A stretch of 64,000 nucleotides of DNA from Eledone cirrhosa (lineage: Eukaryota). This document shows, piece by piece, positions 12,050-25,890 of the stretch. The notes below the pieces were generated by a model. The model had not been told where the DNA came from, searched no databases, and worked only from the letters and a program-made list of their open reading frames with translations. Made by a program: the position numbers and the translations under genes. Location of the stretch: the NCBI GenBank assembly GCA_964016885.1, contig OZ024749.1, positions 28,148,001-28,212,000 on the forward strand, read 5' to 3'. Positions within the stretch are counted from its first letter, which is position 1. Each line of letters begins with the position of its first letter.

Positions 12050-13283
12050 GGAACTGAGGGTCGCATGGTAAATATCCAAGTTAATACTACATCAGTAAAA
12101 TTAACAATAATAACGTCATGAAAAAAGCTACTAAGAGAAACCCTCGAAAATTTATCGCTAATACAGCAGGGAAAATTTAACGCTAATACAGCAGGGAACA
12201 TCATAATATTAACGACATGAAAAAGCTACTAAGAGAAACCCTCGAAAATTTATCGCTAATACAGCAGGGAAAATTTAACGCTAATACAGCAGGGAACATC
12301 ATAATATTAACGACATGAAAAAGCTACTAAGAGAAACCCTCGAAAATTTATCGCTAATACAGCAGGGAAAATTTAACGCTAATACAGCAGGGAACATCAT
12401 AATATTAACGACATGAAGAAGCTACTAAGAGAAACCCTCGAAAATTTATCGCTAATACAGCAGGGAAAATTTAACGCTAATACAGCAGGGAACATCATAA
12501 TATTAACGACAATATGTAGGCTAAAATACCTTCGTAGATTAGGTGGATGGCTGGCTGGGAAAATTTGAATCAGCTCAGTGGTACATTTTAGCAGAGAAGA
12601 ATGGCAAAGTGTCTTATCTCTTCAATATTTTCAGATTGAATGAATTAGGTTAAATACAGGGTAGTAAGCCTTAAAGAAGTGCATAGAGGGGGGGGGGGGG
12701 TAGGAACTGAGGGTCGCATGGTAAATAACTGAGAGAGATACAATAGGATTAGAATACCGCATGGTAAATATCCAAGTTAATAAGTTAATACTACATCAGT
12801 AAAATTAACAATAATAACGTCATGAAAAAAGCTACTAAGAGAAACCCTCGAAAATTTATCGCTAATACAGCAGGGAAAATTTAACGCTAATACAGCAGGG
12901 AACATCATAATATTAACGACATGAAAAAGCTACTAAGAGAAACCCTCGAAAATTTATCGCTAATACAGCAGGGAAAATTTAACGCTAATACAGCAGGGAA
13001 CATCATAATATTAACGACAATATGTAGGCTAAAATACCTTCGTAGATTAGGTGGATGGCTGGCTGGGAAAATTTGAATCAGCTCAGTGGTACATTTTAGC
13101 AGAGAAGAATGGCAAAGTGTCTTATCTCTTCAATATTTTCAGATTGAATGAATTAGGTTAAAGACAGGGTAGTAAGCCTTAAAGAAGTGCATAGAGGGGG
13201 GGGGGGGGGTAGGAACTGAGGGTCGCATGGTAAATAACTGAGAGAGATACAATAGGATTAGAATACCGCATGGTAAATATCCA
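12050..13283 (-). repeat. Nested tandem repeats in RTE 5' region
   Basis: 98-bp unit x4 (starts 12117, 12216, 12314, 12412) and x2 (~12820-13018), each followed by the same ~260-bp block. Confidence 0.88.
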
Positions 13284-13304
13284 ATATATATATATATATA
13301 TATA

Positions 13305-15453
13305 GCTTGGAAGTGTCACTATGAAAGGCTTCTAAATGAGGAGAACAAATGGGAGAAAGACAGTCTCCCCCACATCGACCCAATAGAGGGACCAGCAGTG
13401 TTAGTCGAAGGTAGTATAATAAGTGAGGCAATCAAAGATATGAAGACGGGTAAGGCGGCTGGGCCTTCGGAAATAGTTGCTGAGATGCTGAAAGCCTCTG
13501 GAACGGTGGGACACACCATGGTCACCCGGATAGTAAACCAAGTCATACAGAATGGGGTTGTTCCGAAGGACTGGCATAGCAGCATCATCATTAACTGTTA
13601 CAAGGGTAAAGGAGATGCCCTAGATAGGTGTAACTATAGAGGCATTAAATTAATTGACCAGGTCATGAAGGTCACGGAAAAAGTAATAGCGCAACTAATC
13701 AGAGAGAGAATTGATCTAGATGAAATGCAGTTCGGGTTTGTGTCAGGCAAAAGTACCACAGACGCTCTTTTCATTGTACGACAACTACAGGAGAAGTACC
13801 TAGCTAAAAGTAAACCCCTATACTTAGCTTTTGTTGACTTGGAGAAAGCCTTCGACAGAGTCCCCCGTTCCATTATCTGGTGGGCTCTTAGAAAACTAGG
13901 TGTTGACGAATGGCTTGTGAGAGCTATACAAGCTATGTATAAAGAAACAGTCAGCAAGGTTAGAATTAACAACGAATATAGTGAAGAGTTTAGCGTAAAA
14001 GTTGGTGTCCATCAGGGCTCTGTTCTTAGCCCCCTACTATTTATTATTGCCCTTCAGGCTATAACAGAGGAGTTCAAGACCGGCTGCCCATGGGAACTCC
14101 TATACGCAGATGATCTAACGCTCATAGCTGAATCAATGACCGAGCTAGAGAAGAAATTCCAAACATGGAAGCACGGCCTAGAATCAAAAGGCCTTAAAAT
14201 TAACCTGGCTAAGACTAAAGTTCTAGTTTGTAGGAAAGAAAATAAGGCGGTGGTCCCTTCCGGGAAATGGCCATGCTCAGTGTGTAGGAAAGGCGTAGGT
14301 AGAAACTCCATTTTATGTCCCAAATGCAAAGTATGGGTGCATAAAAGATGTAGTGGGATCACAGGTAAGCTAACTAAGAACAAAGATTTTACATGTGGCC
14401 GGTGCTCTGGTGCAATAAGTAGCAGCAAGTGCCCACAAAATACTAGCTCTTTCAATTGCGCAGAGGGTTCTATAGAAATAGTGGACAGCTTCCGTTACCT
14501 GGGTGACAAAATCAGCAGTGGGGGAGGGTGCTCTGAAAGTACAGTAGCTAGAGTCAGAACTGGATGGAAAAAGTTCAGAGAGCTTATACCACTATTAGCC
14601 GCTAAAGGGTTCTCCCTAAAAATGAAAGGCAGGTTATATGATGCCTGCATACGAACAGCAATGCTGCATGGCAGTGAGACCTGGGCATTGTGTGCAGAGG
14701 ATATACGCAAACTAGAGAGGAACGAAGCTTGCATGCTCCGCTGGATGTGTAATAGTAATATATGTGAACGGCTAAGCATAAACAAACTAAGGAAAAAATT
14801 AGAAATAAGAGGGATCAGATGTTGTTTACTCGAGAGAAGGCTACGTTGTATGGTCACGTGATGCGCATGAAAGACGACAGCTGTATAACAAAGTGCAGGG
14901 CAATAAAGATAGACGGTAGCCACGGAGTAGGCAGACCCAGAAAAACCTGGGACGACATGATAAATTCCGACCTCACACGCTTACACTTCTCCAAGACAAT
15001 GTCACTGGACCGAGACCTTTGGCGGTACTCAGTAATAGAGAAGACCCGCCTTACCTAAATACAAAGTAAAACCTACTACAGTCAGTAGGCATCTCTAACA
15101 AAATACACACCCGTCCCACCACCCCCACCCCATCCACACCGCCCATTTCAATGTAAAGTTATGTTGGTGCCACAACATCCAGGCCGAAACAAATGAGATC
15201 GTGTAGGTGTCACGACATAAAAAAACACAGTCCACGCTGTAATGTGGCCGTGTAGGCAACACGGTAAAAACCTCCCAGCTCCACACTGTAAATGTGGTTG
15301 GTGTTAGGAAGGGCATCCAGCTGTAGAAAACCCGCCAGACAGTCCTATGCGAGCAAGACAATCACTCTTGCCTCAAGTGGGAAAACCCCCGTCCAAACCC
15401 ATGCAAGCGTGGAACACGGACGTTAAACGTTGATGATGATGATGATGATGATG
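13305..15453 (+). mobile_element. 5'-truncated RTE LINE (subfamily B)
   Basis: RT+PHD ORF 13398-14861, frameshift ~14850, 3'UTR and (GAT)n tail. Confidence 0.92.
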
Positions 15454-16149
15454 TATATAGTTTTGTTTAAGGTCAAGTCACTAACTTCTAATCTAAGCAC
15501 AGGTCCAACAATCTGTAATGGGGGAGTTGATTACATCAACCCCATTATTTGACAGGTTCTCTATGTTTGATTAACCCCTGAAGTATGAAAGGGAAAGCTT
15601 TTCGGCTGATTCTCTAATAACTTTGACAATCTACTGCCCTTTACAGGGTCAAATGATGACAGCTACCATAGCAACAAGGGGATACACCTTACAGAAGACT
15701 TGCCTCTATAATATACAGAAAGAAGGGATTTTAATAGAGGAATATTAGGGGACAGTAAAGTTGAATGAACTAGTCTATTGTCACAAAACTTCATCATCAT
15801 CATTGTTATTATCATCCTAATCATCACCATCACCCCCACCACCACCACCATCATCATCACCATCACATTCACCACCATCACCACATCAACACCACCACCA
15901 CCATCATCACCATCACCACCATAACCACATCACCATCATCATCACCACCACCACATTATCACCATCATCATCATGACCCAATCCTCACCATCATCATCTT
16001 CTCTGTCATCATTTCTGTCATTGTTTTCGTCATTGTCTCTGTCGTCGTCGTCATCATTATTGTCACTGTCATTGACATTGTCATCTCTGTCAATGACACT
16101 GTCCTTATCCTCCTCATCATGATGATGATCATCATCATCACTACCACAG

Positions 16150-16199
16150 AAAGTTAAGCTGAATGTTTTGGAAGTACCTTGCCTCGACATCCTGTTAAG
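16150..16199 (+). other. Candidate upstream exon
   Basis: ccacag acceptor and AAG/gtgagc donor around a unique island between microsatellites. Confidence 0.3.
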
Positions 16200-16319
16200 G
16201 TGAGCAGTCGATGGCCTAGTGGTTAGGAGGTTTGGCTTACCTTGTTGTTGTTGTTGTTGTTTGACATCCTGTTGTTATATTATTCTTTTATACTGCTACA
16301 CACTGTCACAGTTATATAA

Positions 16320-16371
<52 letters not shown>

Positions 16372-18293
16372 ATGTCTGTATGTGTGTATATATATATATT
16401 TATTTATATAAATATATGTGTATTTATATATATGTATATATTTATGTATATATATATATGTATATATGTATATATATATGTGTGTGTATTGTGTGAGTGT
16501 GTTGTGTGTATGTGTGCGTGTATATGTGTGTGTTGATACATTGGAATGTTAATCTGTTAATCTGGTAATCAACACTTCTGGTTTTGGTTAAGTCAAAAGA
16601 TTGGTATTTCAATTGGTATGTCTTTCGTAAACACCACCACCACCACCACCACCACCACCACCGCCACCACCACCACCACCACCACCATCATCATCACCGT
16701 CAACACTATTACCACCACCACCATCACCACTATCATCGTCCCCATTATCACAACTACCATCGCCATCATCAACGTCCTTACCATCATCACAACCTCCACT
16801 ACTGCCACCATCCTTACAATAATCACAACCACCAACACCACTGCCACCACCACATCACAACCACCACCACCATAACCATCATCATCAATATCATTATCAT
16901 TTTTCCAAGCTAGCAGAGGTTTTAGTGAGGGTTCTCTCCTCTATAATCTGTGTTTTTCACCTCAAGTACACATTTACAACCCTCTCAGTGAAATATATAT
17001 GTTTTTATTTTGCTCAAGCATTGACTAGAGTTTTCCAATGTTCTTGAGAGAAAGATCTATGTCAGCTTTTATTTCATGTCTCCCTTTTAGTTCACCCACT
17101 ATCCTAACAATGTTGTTATTTCTATGCTTGTAAACCTGGATGAGATGGTTGCTGACCTTTTCTTCACCCGAGGATGTTTACTCTGTCTTATTAGCTGGGT
17201 CTCATCACCATCATTGTTTTTATGTTAGTTTTTCTATGATGAGGTGAGTCCCAGATAACAACACCAAAGCAACATCCCTAACAGAAGAAAAAGGTCACTC
17301 ATATGATATTAATTATGGATTTTAGGTCCTTGTCACTCTCCTTGCATAGGAAATATAACATATTAATGTCATCATTGATGTTAAAATTTCTAGTAACACT
17401 GAGCAGCTAGTGAGTTCTTACATCCATCAGTTCAGTTTTTACAATGACGAGTTCATCAGGTCATATGTTTGTTTTATGATGTGAGAGTCAAGTGAAAATT
17501 AATGCACTTGTCCATCTCTACAGATACTGGTGCCAGACATCAAGGTATTCTTTCTAACCAAACACCCCAGTCTTGGGATAATATTTCTTTAATCCTGGAT
17601 AATAGTATGTCTGGTATTATAATGGCATTTCTTTAAATTACTTCACCATATTTCCAAAGGAACATTAGATAACACTATGTCTAGTGTTGAAATAACATTT
17701 CTCTAAAATAATTCACTCTACTTTCAAAGAGATGGAGGGTAAAGGCATTTCTGTTTTAGGAATAAAGATTCTTAAATAATGTTATGTTTAATATTGAAAT
17801 AACATTTTTTCAAACCACTTCACTCTCTCTTTGAAGGAACATTAGGTAATGCTATGTCCAGTATTGAAATAACATTTCTTTAAATCAATTCCCTCTATTT
17901 TCAAAGAGTGGGTAGTGGAATGTCTGGTTCTGAAATAAAGATTCTTTAAATCCTGGATAAAGCTATGTCTAGTATTGAAATAATATTACTCTAAATAATT
18001 TCAATTTTCTTTCAAATAGAAAGAAGGTAAAAGTACATCAGATTTTAAAATATTTCTTTAAATACTATATAAAGGTATATCCAGTATTGAAATAATGTTT
18101 CTTTAAATTGTTTCACTCTACCTCTAAAGAGACAGTGAGTAACAAACAATATGTCAGGTTTTGAAATCATTCTTTAAATTATTTCAAAGAGATATTGGTT
18201 AACACTATGTCCTGTTTTTAAATTATCATCGTCATCATCATCATCCAACAATATTGCTGGGTTGTGGCCTTTGTAAATTGATGTGTTCTCTCA

Positions 18294-18570
18294 TAATGGC
18301 CTAGTGGTAAGTGTATTGGACTTACGATCATAATGACATGGACTTGGTTCATAGACTGGGTTGTTTGTTGTGTTCTTGAGCAAAACACTTCATTTCACTC
18401 TGCTTCAGTATACTCAGCTGAAAATGAGTACCAGCAATAACTGGGGAGTTAACCCTGCAATGGACTGGCATCCTGTCAGGGAGGGAGTCTTGTACTTTCA
18501 GTCACTAACATCACAGAAACCGGGATAAGCACTGGTCTGATGAGCTTCCGAACTTGAGACAGACTTTAGA
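18294..18570 (+). mobile_element. tRNA-derived SINE
   Basis: A-box-like tggcctagtggtaag; related copies ~33600-33787, 46835-47240, 54300-54620. Confidence 0.7.
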
Positions 18571-19023
18571 CTCCAGCTATCCCTTTTTTGACAGATGTTC
18601 ATTTATGTTATTCTTCCAACATTTTCTGGGGCCTTCCAAACAGGTTTCTGCCATCATTTATCTCCATTTCCATACTTGCTTGACAAGGTTGTTTTCACTC
18701 ATCCTGACAACACTACCCCCCAAACAACCTAAATTGTACCACTCAAATCTTTTCAATCATAGGCTCTACATCTATTTCTTTTATGTTATTGGTCCAACAT
18801 TTTCTCTTCTACCATGCTTGCTTGACAGGGTTGCTTTCACTTATCTTCACAACATTGCCTCCAAACTACCTTAATCGTGCCACTCCAATCCTCTCAAATA
18901 TAGGGTCTACATCTATTTCTTTTATATCTTCTTCCCCTTCAGTATTATCTAACAAGGAAACTCCTTTTATTCTCTGAAACATTCTCATTTCAGTGGCTTC
19001 CAAGATGTTTTCTTCCTTTGTTT

Positions 19024-19119
19024 TTAACCTTTAGCATGCTAGTAATTTTTATGAGTTATTTCCCTTGATACTGCATTATTTATTAAGGGAAGAGTCACCT
19101 ACAGCATGCTAAAAGGTTA
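19024..19119. mobile_element. piggyBac-type MITE
   Basis: TTAA-cctttagcatgct ... agcatgctaaaagg-TTAA. Confidence 0.5.
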
Positions 19120-19354
19120 AAGTCCACGTTTCGGGTCTGTTGGTTAGAACTGGTCATATAATTGTCTTGAGTTCCTGTTTTGAATTTTAAATAATGTTTC
19201 TTTAAATGTTAAAGAACTTATGTAGAAATATTTCTATGGAATCTTTCTACATTCTGTAGCTCAAGTTTTTCCTAATGTCTTATGTTGTTTTCATGCAAGC
19301 AATTATCAGATATGTCTTGTGGTCAGTCCGATCATTATCGGACTGACCACAAGA

Positions 19355-19453
19355 CAGGGTGTCCAAAAAAATGTATACACACTTCAACAGCATTCTAATG
19401 AATGTTGCCTGTACAGGTAATCAATGTGTGTATACATTTTTGGGGATGTGCTG
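19355..19453. mobile_element. Tc1/mariner-type MITE
   Basis: Imperfect TIRs cagggtgtccaaaaaaatgtatacac / gtgtatacattttttggggatgtgctg followed by TA. Confidence 0.55.
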
Positions 19454-19833
19454 TATGTATGTGTATATATATATATGTGTGTGTGTGAGTGTGTGTGTGT
19501 ATGTGTGTTTGTATATGCATATATGTATATATGAATGTATGTATATGTATATATGTCTATATATGTATGTATGTATATATGTGTGCGTATGAATGTATGT
19601 ATGTTATTTAAAATGTCAATTTTTTTTCACCCTTATTTATCATGAGGAGACTAAGCTGAGAAAGTTTTACAGTTTGTCTATTTTACAGTCTCACATGCAA
19701 CTGGATTAGTTAACTTATCCCACACCTGCCACCCTCCTTACCCCCACCAGCCTGCTGCTCCTGCCGGTACACCCCCCTACCACCACCACCACCACAACAC
19801 TTCTCCCTCTCTTTTCATCTTAATCTATCTACC

Positions 19834-19866
<33 letters not shown>

Positions 19867-20004
19867 GCATGCACACACACTAACACACACACACATATAT
19901 ATCTTTTCTCTCCCTTCTCTGTCTGTCTCTTTTCCTTCTCCTCTCTCTCTCTGCTTCTATCTATCTTTTCTTTCTTCCCTCTCTGTCTATTTATTATCCC
20001 TCTC

Positions 20005-20054
<50 letters not shown>

Positions 20055-21237
20055 CTATCTATCTCTTTTTTCACTCTTCTCTGTCTATCTCTTATGTATC
20101 TATCACTTCTCTCTCTCCTCTCTCTGTCTATCACTTACTCTCACTTTCTATCTATCTACTTCTCTTTCCTTCTCCATCCTCTCTCTATACCCCCCCCCCT
20201 TCCCTTCTTCTTACATATTTAGGTCAAAATTCCTTCCAAGACATAATATATATAACCAACAAAAACACTTCCTCACCACAAACAAATACTTTTCTTTATA
20301 TCTCTTTATTATATATTGTATGTTTTATTTCAAACGTCTCTCCATCTTATCTCTATTATTATAACTATTATAACTACTATAACCCTAAAACTACTTTTAC
20401 TGCTATTGCTGCTATTATTAACTATAATTATTATCTTAATAATTACATTGTTGCTATGATTGTTGTTGTTGTTATTATTATTTTTATTATTTATGTCTTA
20501 ATTTTATTGCATGCCATCATTGCATTACCGAGCACAGCTGTATGTGTCTTAGGTATGTGCAGTGTTGTTTTTAGATGTTGTTATTTCTATTTTATTAAGC
20601 GTACTCTATATCAGTGGTTTCCAAAGAAGGTTCCTCGGAACCCAAGGGTTCTGCAAAGGAGTGTTCGCGGTTCCCTTTATGGTCTGAGTTCAAATCTCGT
20701 TGAGGTTAACTTTTTTATTTTCATCCTTACGGGGTCGATAAAATAAAGTACCAGTAATGTACTGGGATAATTGCTGGCCTTGTGCCAAAAGTAGAAACAC
20801 CTATTTTCTATATGTTGTATATATTTAAGTCCTGGGGTATTCTATGATATATGTATGCAATACCTAGTAGTACTATTTTCTATATGTTATATATATTTGT
20901 TAGTCCTGGAGTTTTGGTTATGTATCTGTTTGTGTCTGTGTGTTGTTTTTTATCATTGCCAGAGCACCTTTTATCATAGGTATTGTTTCTGTTTTCATCA
21001 TCTACATTCAGGTTATTTTTATCTCCAGATCTTTATATCTGGATAATTTCTCCATTCCCTGGATAGGTTATTATTATTTTCATTATATACAGAGTGAGTC
21101 ATAAGTAACAGGGCAATCAATGTATTTTTATTGCAAGATTCACAGATAACTTTTCTTGAACATCCACTTATTTATGTGTGATCAGCCATGGTTATAATTT
21201 TTTAACTACTTTAGTTTGATGTATATATCATTTGAAA

Positions 21238-21655
21238 GACCTGGGATGAGGTGATAAAAGCCGACCTTACCCAATTGCACCTCCCAAAGGCGATGACACA
21301 TGACCGTGACCTCTGGCGTCACGCAGTAATACAGAAGACCCGACTTGCCATGGGTACAAGCCGAAGCTGAAGCATATAGACAATATGCCCCCACCCCCTC
21401 CCACTGCAAAGTGGTTGTGGAGGTGCCACAGCAAAAAAGCACCCAGCCCACACTGTAAAGTGGACGTGTAGGCACCACGGAAAAAAAGCACCCAGCACTC
21501 ACTGTAAATGAGGTTGGTGTTAGGAAGGGCATCCAGCTGTAGAAATCAAGCCAGAATCAGTTGCAGTAAGAGCAAGACACTGCCCGCAACAGGACAACCC
21601 GTTTAACCCATGCTAGCGTGGAAGAACGGACATAAAACGGTGATGATGATGATGA
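21238..21655 (+). mobile_element. RTE subfamily A 3' fragment
   Basis: Matches reverse complement of 8380-8805; (GAT)n tail. Confidence 0.88.
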
Positions 21656-21696
21656 TATATATATAATAAGAAAGTGAACAACACAAAATATAACTA

Positions 21697-21764
21697 CTCC
21701 ATTACCAAAGGTTTCTGGATCCCAGACAATAATAATATACGTCTGGATCGGTCGTCAGACAGAG
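21697..21764 (-). ncRNA. Type I hammerhead ribozyme
   Basis: Minus strand ctctgt-CTGACGA-cc-gatccagac...gtctgggatc-ca-GAAA-CC-ttt-GG-TA-atggag; base of stem II imperfect. Confidence 0.65.
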
Positions 21765-21876
21765 ATGTTATCTTTTGTAATGGAGTAGTTATATTTCTAA
21801 TTAAATAGCTCTGTTCCATACATAGAGCACTCTTTTTTTCCTTTGCTTTTTCTTCGGAATTACCTAACACGCACAT

Positions 21877-24800
21877 ATCATCATCATCATCATCATCATC
21901 ATCGTTTAACGTCCATGTTCCACGCTTGCATGGGTTTGGACGGGGGTTTTCCCACTTGAGGCAAGAGTGGTTGTCTTGCTCGCATAGGACTGTCTGGCGG
22001 GTTTTCTACAGCTGGATGCCCTTCCTAACACCAACCACATTTACAGTATGGGGCTGGGAGGTTTTTACCGTGTTGCCTACATGGCCACATTACAGCGTGG
22101 AGTGTCTGGCGTGTTTTCTACAGTTGGATGCCCTTCCTAACACCAACCACATTTACAGTATGGGACTGGGAGGTTTTTACCGTGTTGCCTACACGGCCAC
22201 ATTACAGCGTGGACTGTGTGTTTTTTGTCGTGACACCTACACGATCTCATTTGTTTCGGCCTGGATGTTGTGGCACCAACATAACTTTGCATTGAAAGGG
22301 GCGGTGTGGATGGGGTGGGGTGGTGGGACGGGGGTGTATTTTGTTAGAGATGCCTACTGACTGTAGTAGGTTTTACTTTGTATTAAGGTAAGGCGGGTCT
22401 TCTCTGTTACTGAGTACCGCCAAAGGTCTCGGTCCAGTGACATTGTCTTGGAGAGGTGTAAGTGTGTGAGGTCGGAATTTATCAGCTCGTCCCAGGTTTT
22501 TCTGGGTCTGCCTACTCCGTGGCTACCATCTATCTTTATTGCCCTGCACTTTGTTATACAGCTATCGACTTTCATGCGCATCACGTGTCCATACCAACGT
22601 AGCCTTCTCTCGAGTAAACAACTTCTGATCCCTCTTATTTCTAATTTTTTCCTTAGTTCGTTTATGCTTTGCCGTTCAGGTATTACACATCCAGCGGAGC
22701 ATGCAAGCTTCGTTCCTCTCTAGTCTGCGTATATCCTCTGCACACAATGCCCAGGTCTCACTGCCATGCAACATTGCTGTTCGTATGCAGGCATCATACA
22801 ACCTGCCTTTCATTTTTAGGGAGAACCCTTTAGCGGCTAATAGTGGTATAAGCTCTCTGAACTTTTTCCATCCAGTTCTGACTCTAGCTACTGTACTTTC
22901 AGAGCACCCTCCCCCACTGCTGATTTTGTCACCCAGGTAACGGAAGCTGTCCACTATTTCTATAGAACCCTCTGCACAATTGAAAGAGCTAGTATTTTGT
23001 GGGCACTTGCTGCTACTTATTGCACCAGAGCACCGGCCACATGTAAAATCTGTGTTCTTAGTTAGCTTACCTGTGATCCCACTACATCTTTTATGCACAC
23101 ATACTTTGCATTTGGGACATAAAATGGAGTTTCTACCTACGCCTTTCCTACACACTGAGCATGGCCATTTCCCGGAAGGGACCGGCGCTTTATTTTCTTT
23201 CCTACAAACTAGAACTTTAGTCTTAGCCAGGTTAATTTTAAGGCCTTTTGATTCTAGGCCGTGCTTCCATGTTTGGAATTTCTTCTCTAGCTCAGCCATT
23301 GATTCAGCTATGAGCGTTAGATCATCTGCGTATAGGAGTTCCCATGGGCAGCTGGTCTTGAACTCCACTGTTATAGCCTGAAGGGCAATAATAAATAGTA
23401 GGGGGCTAAGAACAGAGCCCTGATGGACACCAACTTTTACGCTAAACTCTTCACTATATTCGTTGTTAATTCTAACCTTGCTGACTGTTTCTTTATACAT
23501 GGCTTGTATAGCTCTCACAAGCCATTCGGGGGACTCTGTCGAAGGCTTTCTCCAAGTCGACAAAAGCTAAGTATAGGGGTTTACTTTTAGCTAGGTACTT
23601 CTCCTGTAGTTGTCGTACAATGAAAAGAGCGTCTGTGGTACTTTTGCCTGACACAAACCCGAACTGCATTTCATCTAGATCAATTCTCTCTCTGATTAGT
23701 TGCGCTATTACTTTTTCTGTGACCTTCATGACCTGGTCGATTAATTTAATGCCTCTATAGTTACTCCTATCTAGGGCGTCTCCTTTACCCTTGTAACAGT
23801 TAATGATGATGCTGCTACGCCAGTCCTTCGGAACAACCCCATTCTGTATGACTTGGTTTACTATCCGGGTGACCATGGTGTGTCCCACCGTACCGGAGGC
23901 TTTCAGCATCTCAGCAACTATTTCCGAAGGCCCAGCCGCCTTACCCGTCTTCATATCTTTGATTGCCTTACTTATTATACTACCTTCGACTAACACTGCT
24001 GGTCCCTCTATTGCCTAGCAATCCTGAACACCTCACGTTTTTGGTCCTCGCGTTGTAGAACATGCTTGAACTTTCTTTCCTCTGCTTCTCTTCTTGCGAA
24101 GTACACTTGTCTCCTAGCTTCCCTCCTGGCCACTTGATAGTCTTCTCTACTTCCCCCATCCCGCCATGCTTTCCAAGCCTGCTTTTTGGCCTTGATTGAC
24201 CCCTCCACCTTACTGTTCCACCACCATGTTACTCTCCTCCTGCCTACAGGCCTGCTCCAGCCACAGACTTCGTCTGCCGCCATCAGCAGGTTTGCTTTCA
24301 GGAATTCCCACTGTTCCTCTACCTTGTACGACTCTAATTGCTCTTCCTTACTGTCGAAAGCATCAAGTAATATGCTTTGAAATTTATTTCTGGCTGTGGG
24401 ATCCTTTAGCTTCCATATTTTTCTCCTGAGGATAGTCCTCTTCTGCTGTCTAGTACGTCTCGTCCTGACTATGAGGTCGCTAATTATCAGTCTATGTTGG
24501 GAGGTGCATTCTTCATGGGGGAGGGATTTAGTGTTTACAACAGACACTCTGTCACGTCTTCTGGTAAGGATATAATCTACCTGGCTGGTATGTTCTCCTG
24601 ATCTGTAGGTGATCAAGTGATTGTCTCGTTTTTTGAAGTTAGTGTTACAGATAGTTAGGTTGTTTGCATCACAGAATTCCAGGATTCTGGAGCCTTCCTC
24701 GTTTCTAGTACCAAACCCATAGCCTCCGTGGATTCCGTCATAGCCGTCACAATGTTGTCCAATGTGACCATTTAGGTCGCCAGCAATAATTATATAGTCA

Positions 24801-25890
24801 CTGTCGGTTATTTGGGAGGTAGTGAGCATCAGTGTCTCATAGAATCTGTCTTTTATAGCGCCAGGCAGTCCGGATTGGGGCGCGTATGCAGATATTACTG
24901 TCACAGTAGTTCTGTTTAGAACAAGTCTTATTTTAATTATTCTGTCATTCACTCTATTTACATCTATTATCTTATCCACCCATTTTTCTGCTAACATGAT
25001 TCCTACCCCACCTATCCCATTGTCATTCCTCACCCAGAAAAGCTTATAGCAACGTTTTTTACCCACAATGAATCTAGCAGACCTGCCCCTCCACCTGGTC
25101 TCTTGGATACAGCAAACATCAACCTCCTTACATTCAAGCAATTCTACAACCTCGTTAGAGCGGCCTTTTAAGGTGCCTACGTTCATGGTACCAACTCTGA
25201 AGTTTTGGATTGTGTTTGGAGGATGGGGCGCGGGGAGAGGTGAGGGGAATGAGTTTGGGGTTATGTTGGCCATCCGCGGCCGAAACAAAGAGGGGGCGGC
25301 TTGCCCTTTCGTCTGGCAGCATGAGGTGAATTTGTCGTTATCTTTGGCATTGTCATCGAGTGTCCAGATTCTTCAGACTCTCCAGAAATTCCTTAGTCCA
25401 TCCATCATATCGAAAAGCAGCCAGTAGTGATAGCATAGGCCGTTGACTTATGATTGGTCCAAATAGTAAAGGTGGAGAGTGGGGGAGGGAGGGAGAGTGG
25501 GGGCGGGAGGGAGAGTGGGAGTAATAGCGATTTTGGTGGGCGAGAGAATCTATTTTTATGAATCCTGGAAAATTTTTAGCAAAGAGAGAGATTATTTAGA
25601 ACAAGCATAGAGAAGATTAATTTAGGGCAAGGATAGCAACGATTGTAGATATATATGGATGAATGAACCAGGTTTTAAGGAGACAAGAAGAAAATGTTCT
25701 ATAATACATTACATTTTCGTAGAATCGACTGACCAATTAATAAGAGTTGACAAATTCTGAGGTTTTGTTCCTCGTAACATTCTTATTTATATTAGGGAGT
25801 GAGAGAGCGAGAGGGACGTATATGTTAGAGAGAGTGGGAGTAATAGCGATTTTGGTGGGCGAGAGAATCTATTTTTATGAATCCTGGAAA
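21877..25890 (-). mobile_element. Near full-length RTE LINE (subfamily B) with internal deletions
   Basis: APE 24008-25288, RT pieces 23493-23996 and 22676-23563, C-terminus 22354-22584; nearly identical to 13305-15453; 60-bp direct repeat 25511/25830 in 5' region. Confidence 0.9.

Larger units (their letters stand above)
8380..13283 (-). mobile_element. Full-length RTE-clade LINE (subfamily A)
   Basis: Single ORF, ~300-bp 3'UTR ending in (GAT)n, ~1.5-kb repetitive 5' region, TA tracts both sides. Confidence 0.92.

Noticed and set aside
15790-16913. His-, Thr- and Asp-rich ORFs
   Set aside because: Translations of (CAC/CAT)n microsatellites.
18294-18370. tRNA gene
   Set aside because: Only decayed A/B-box-like SINE head; no cloverleaf.
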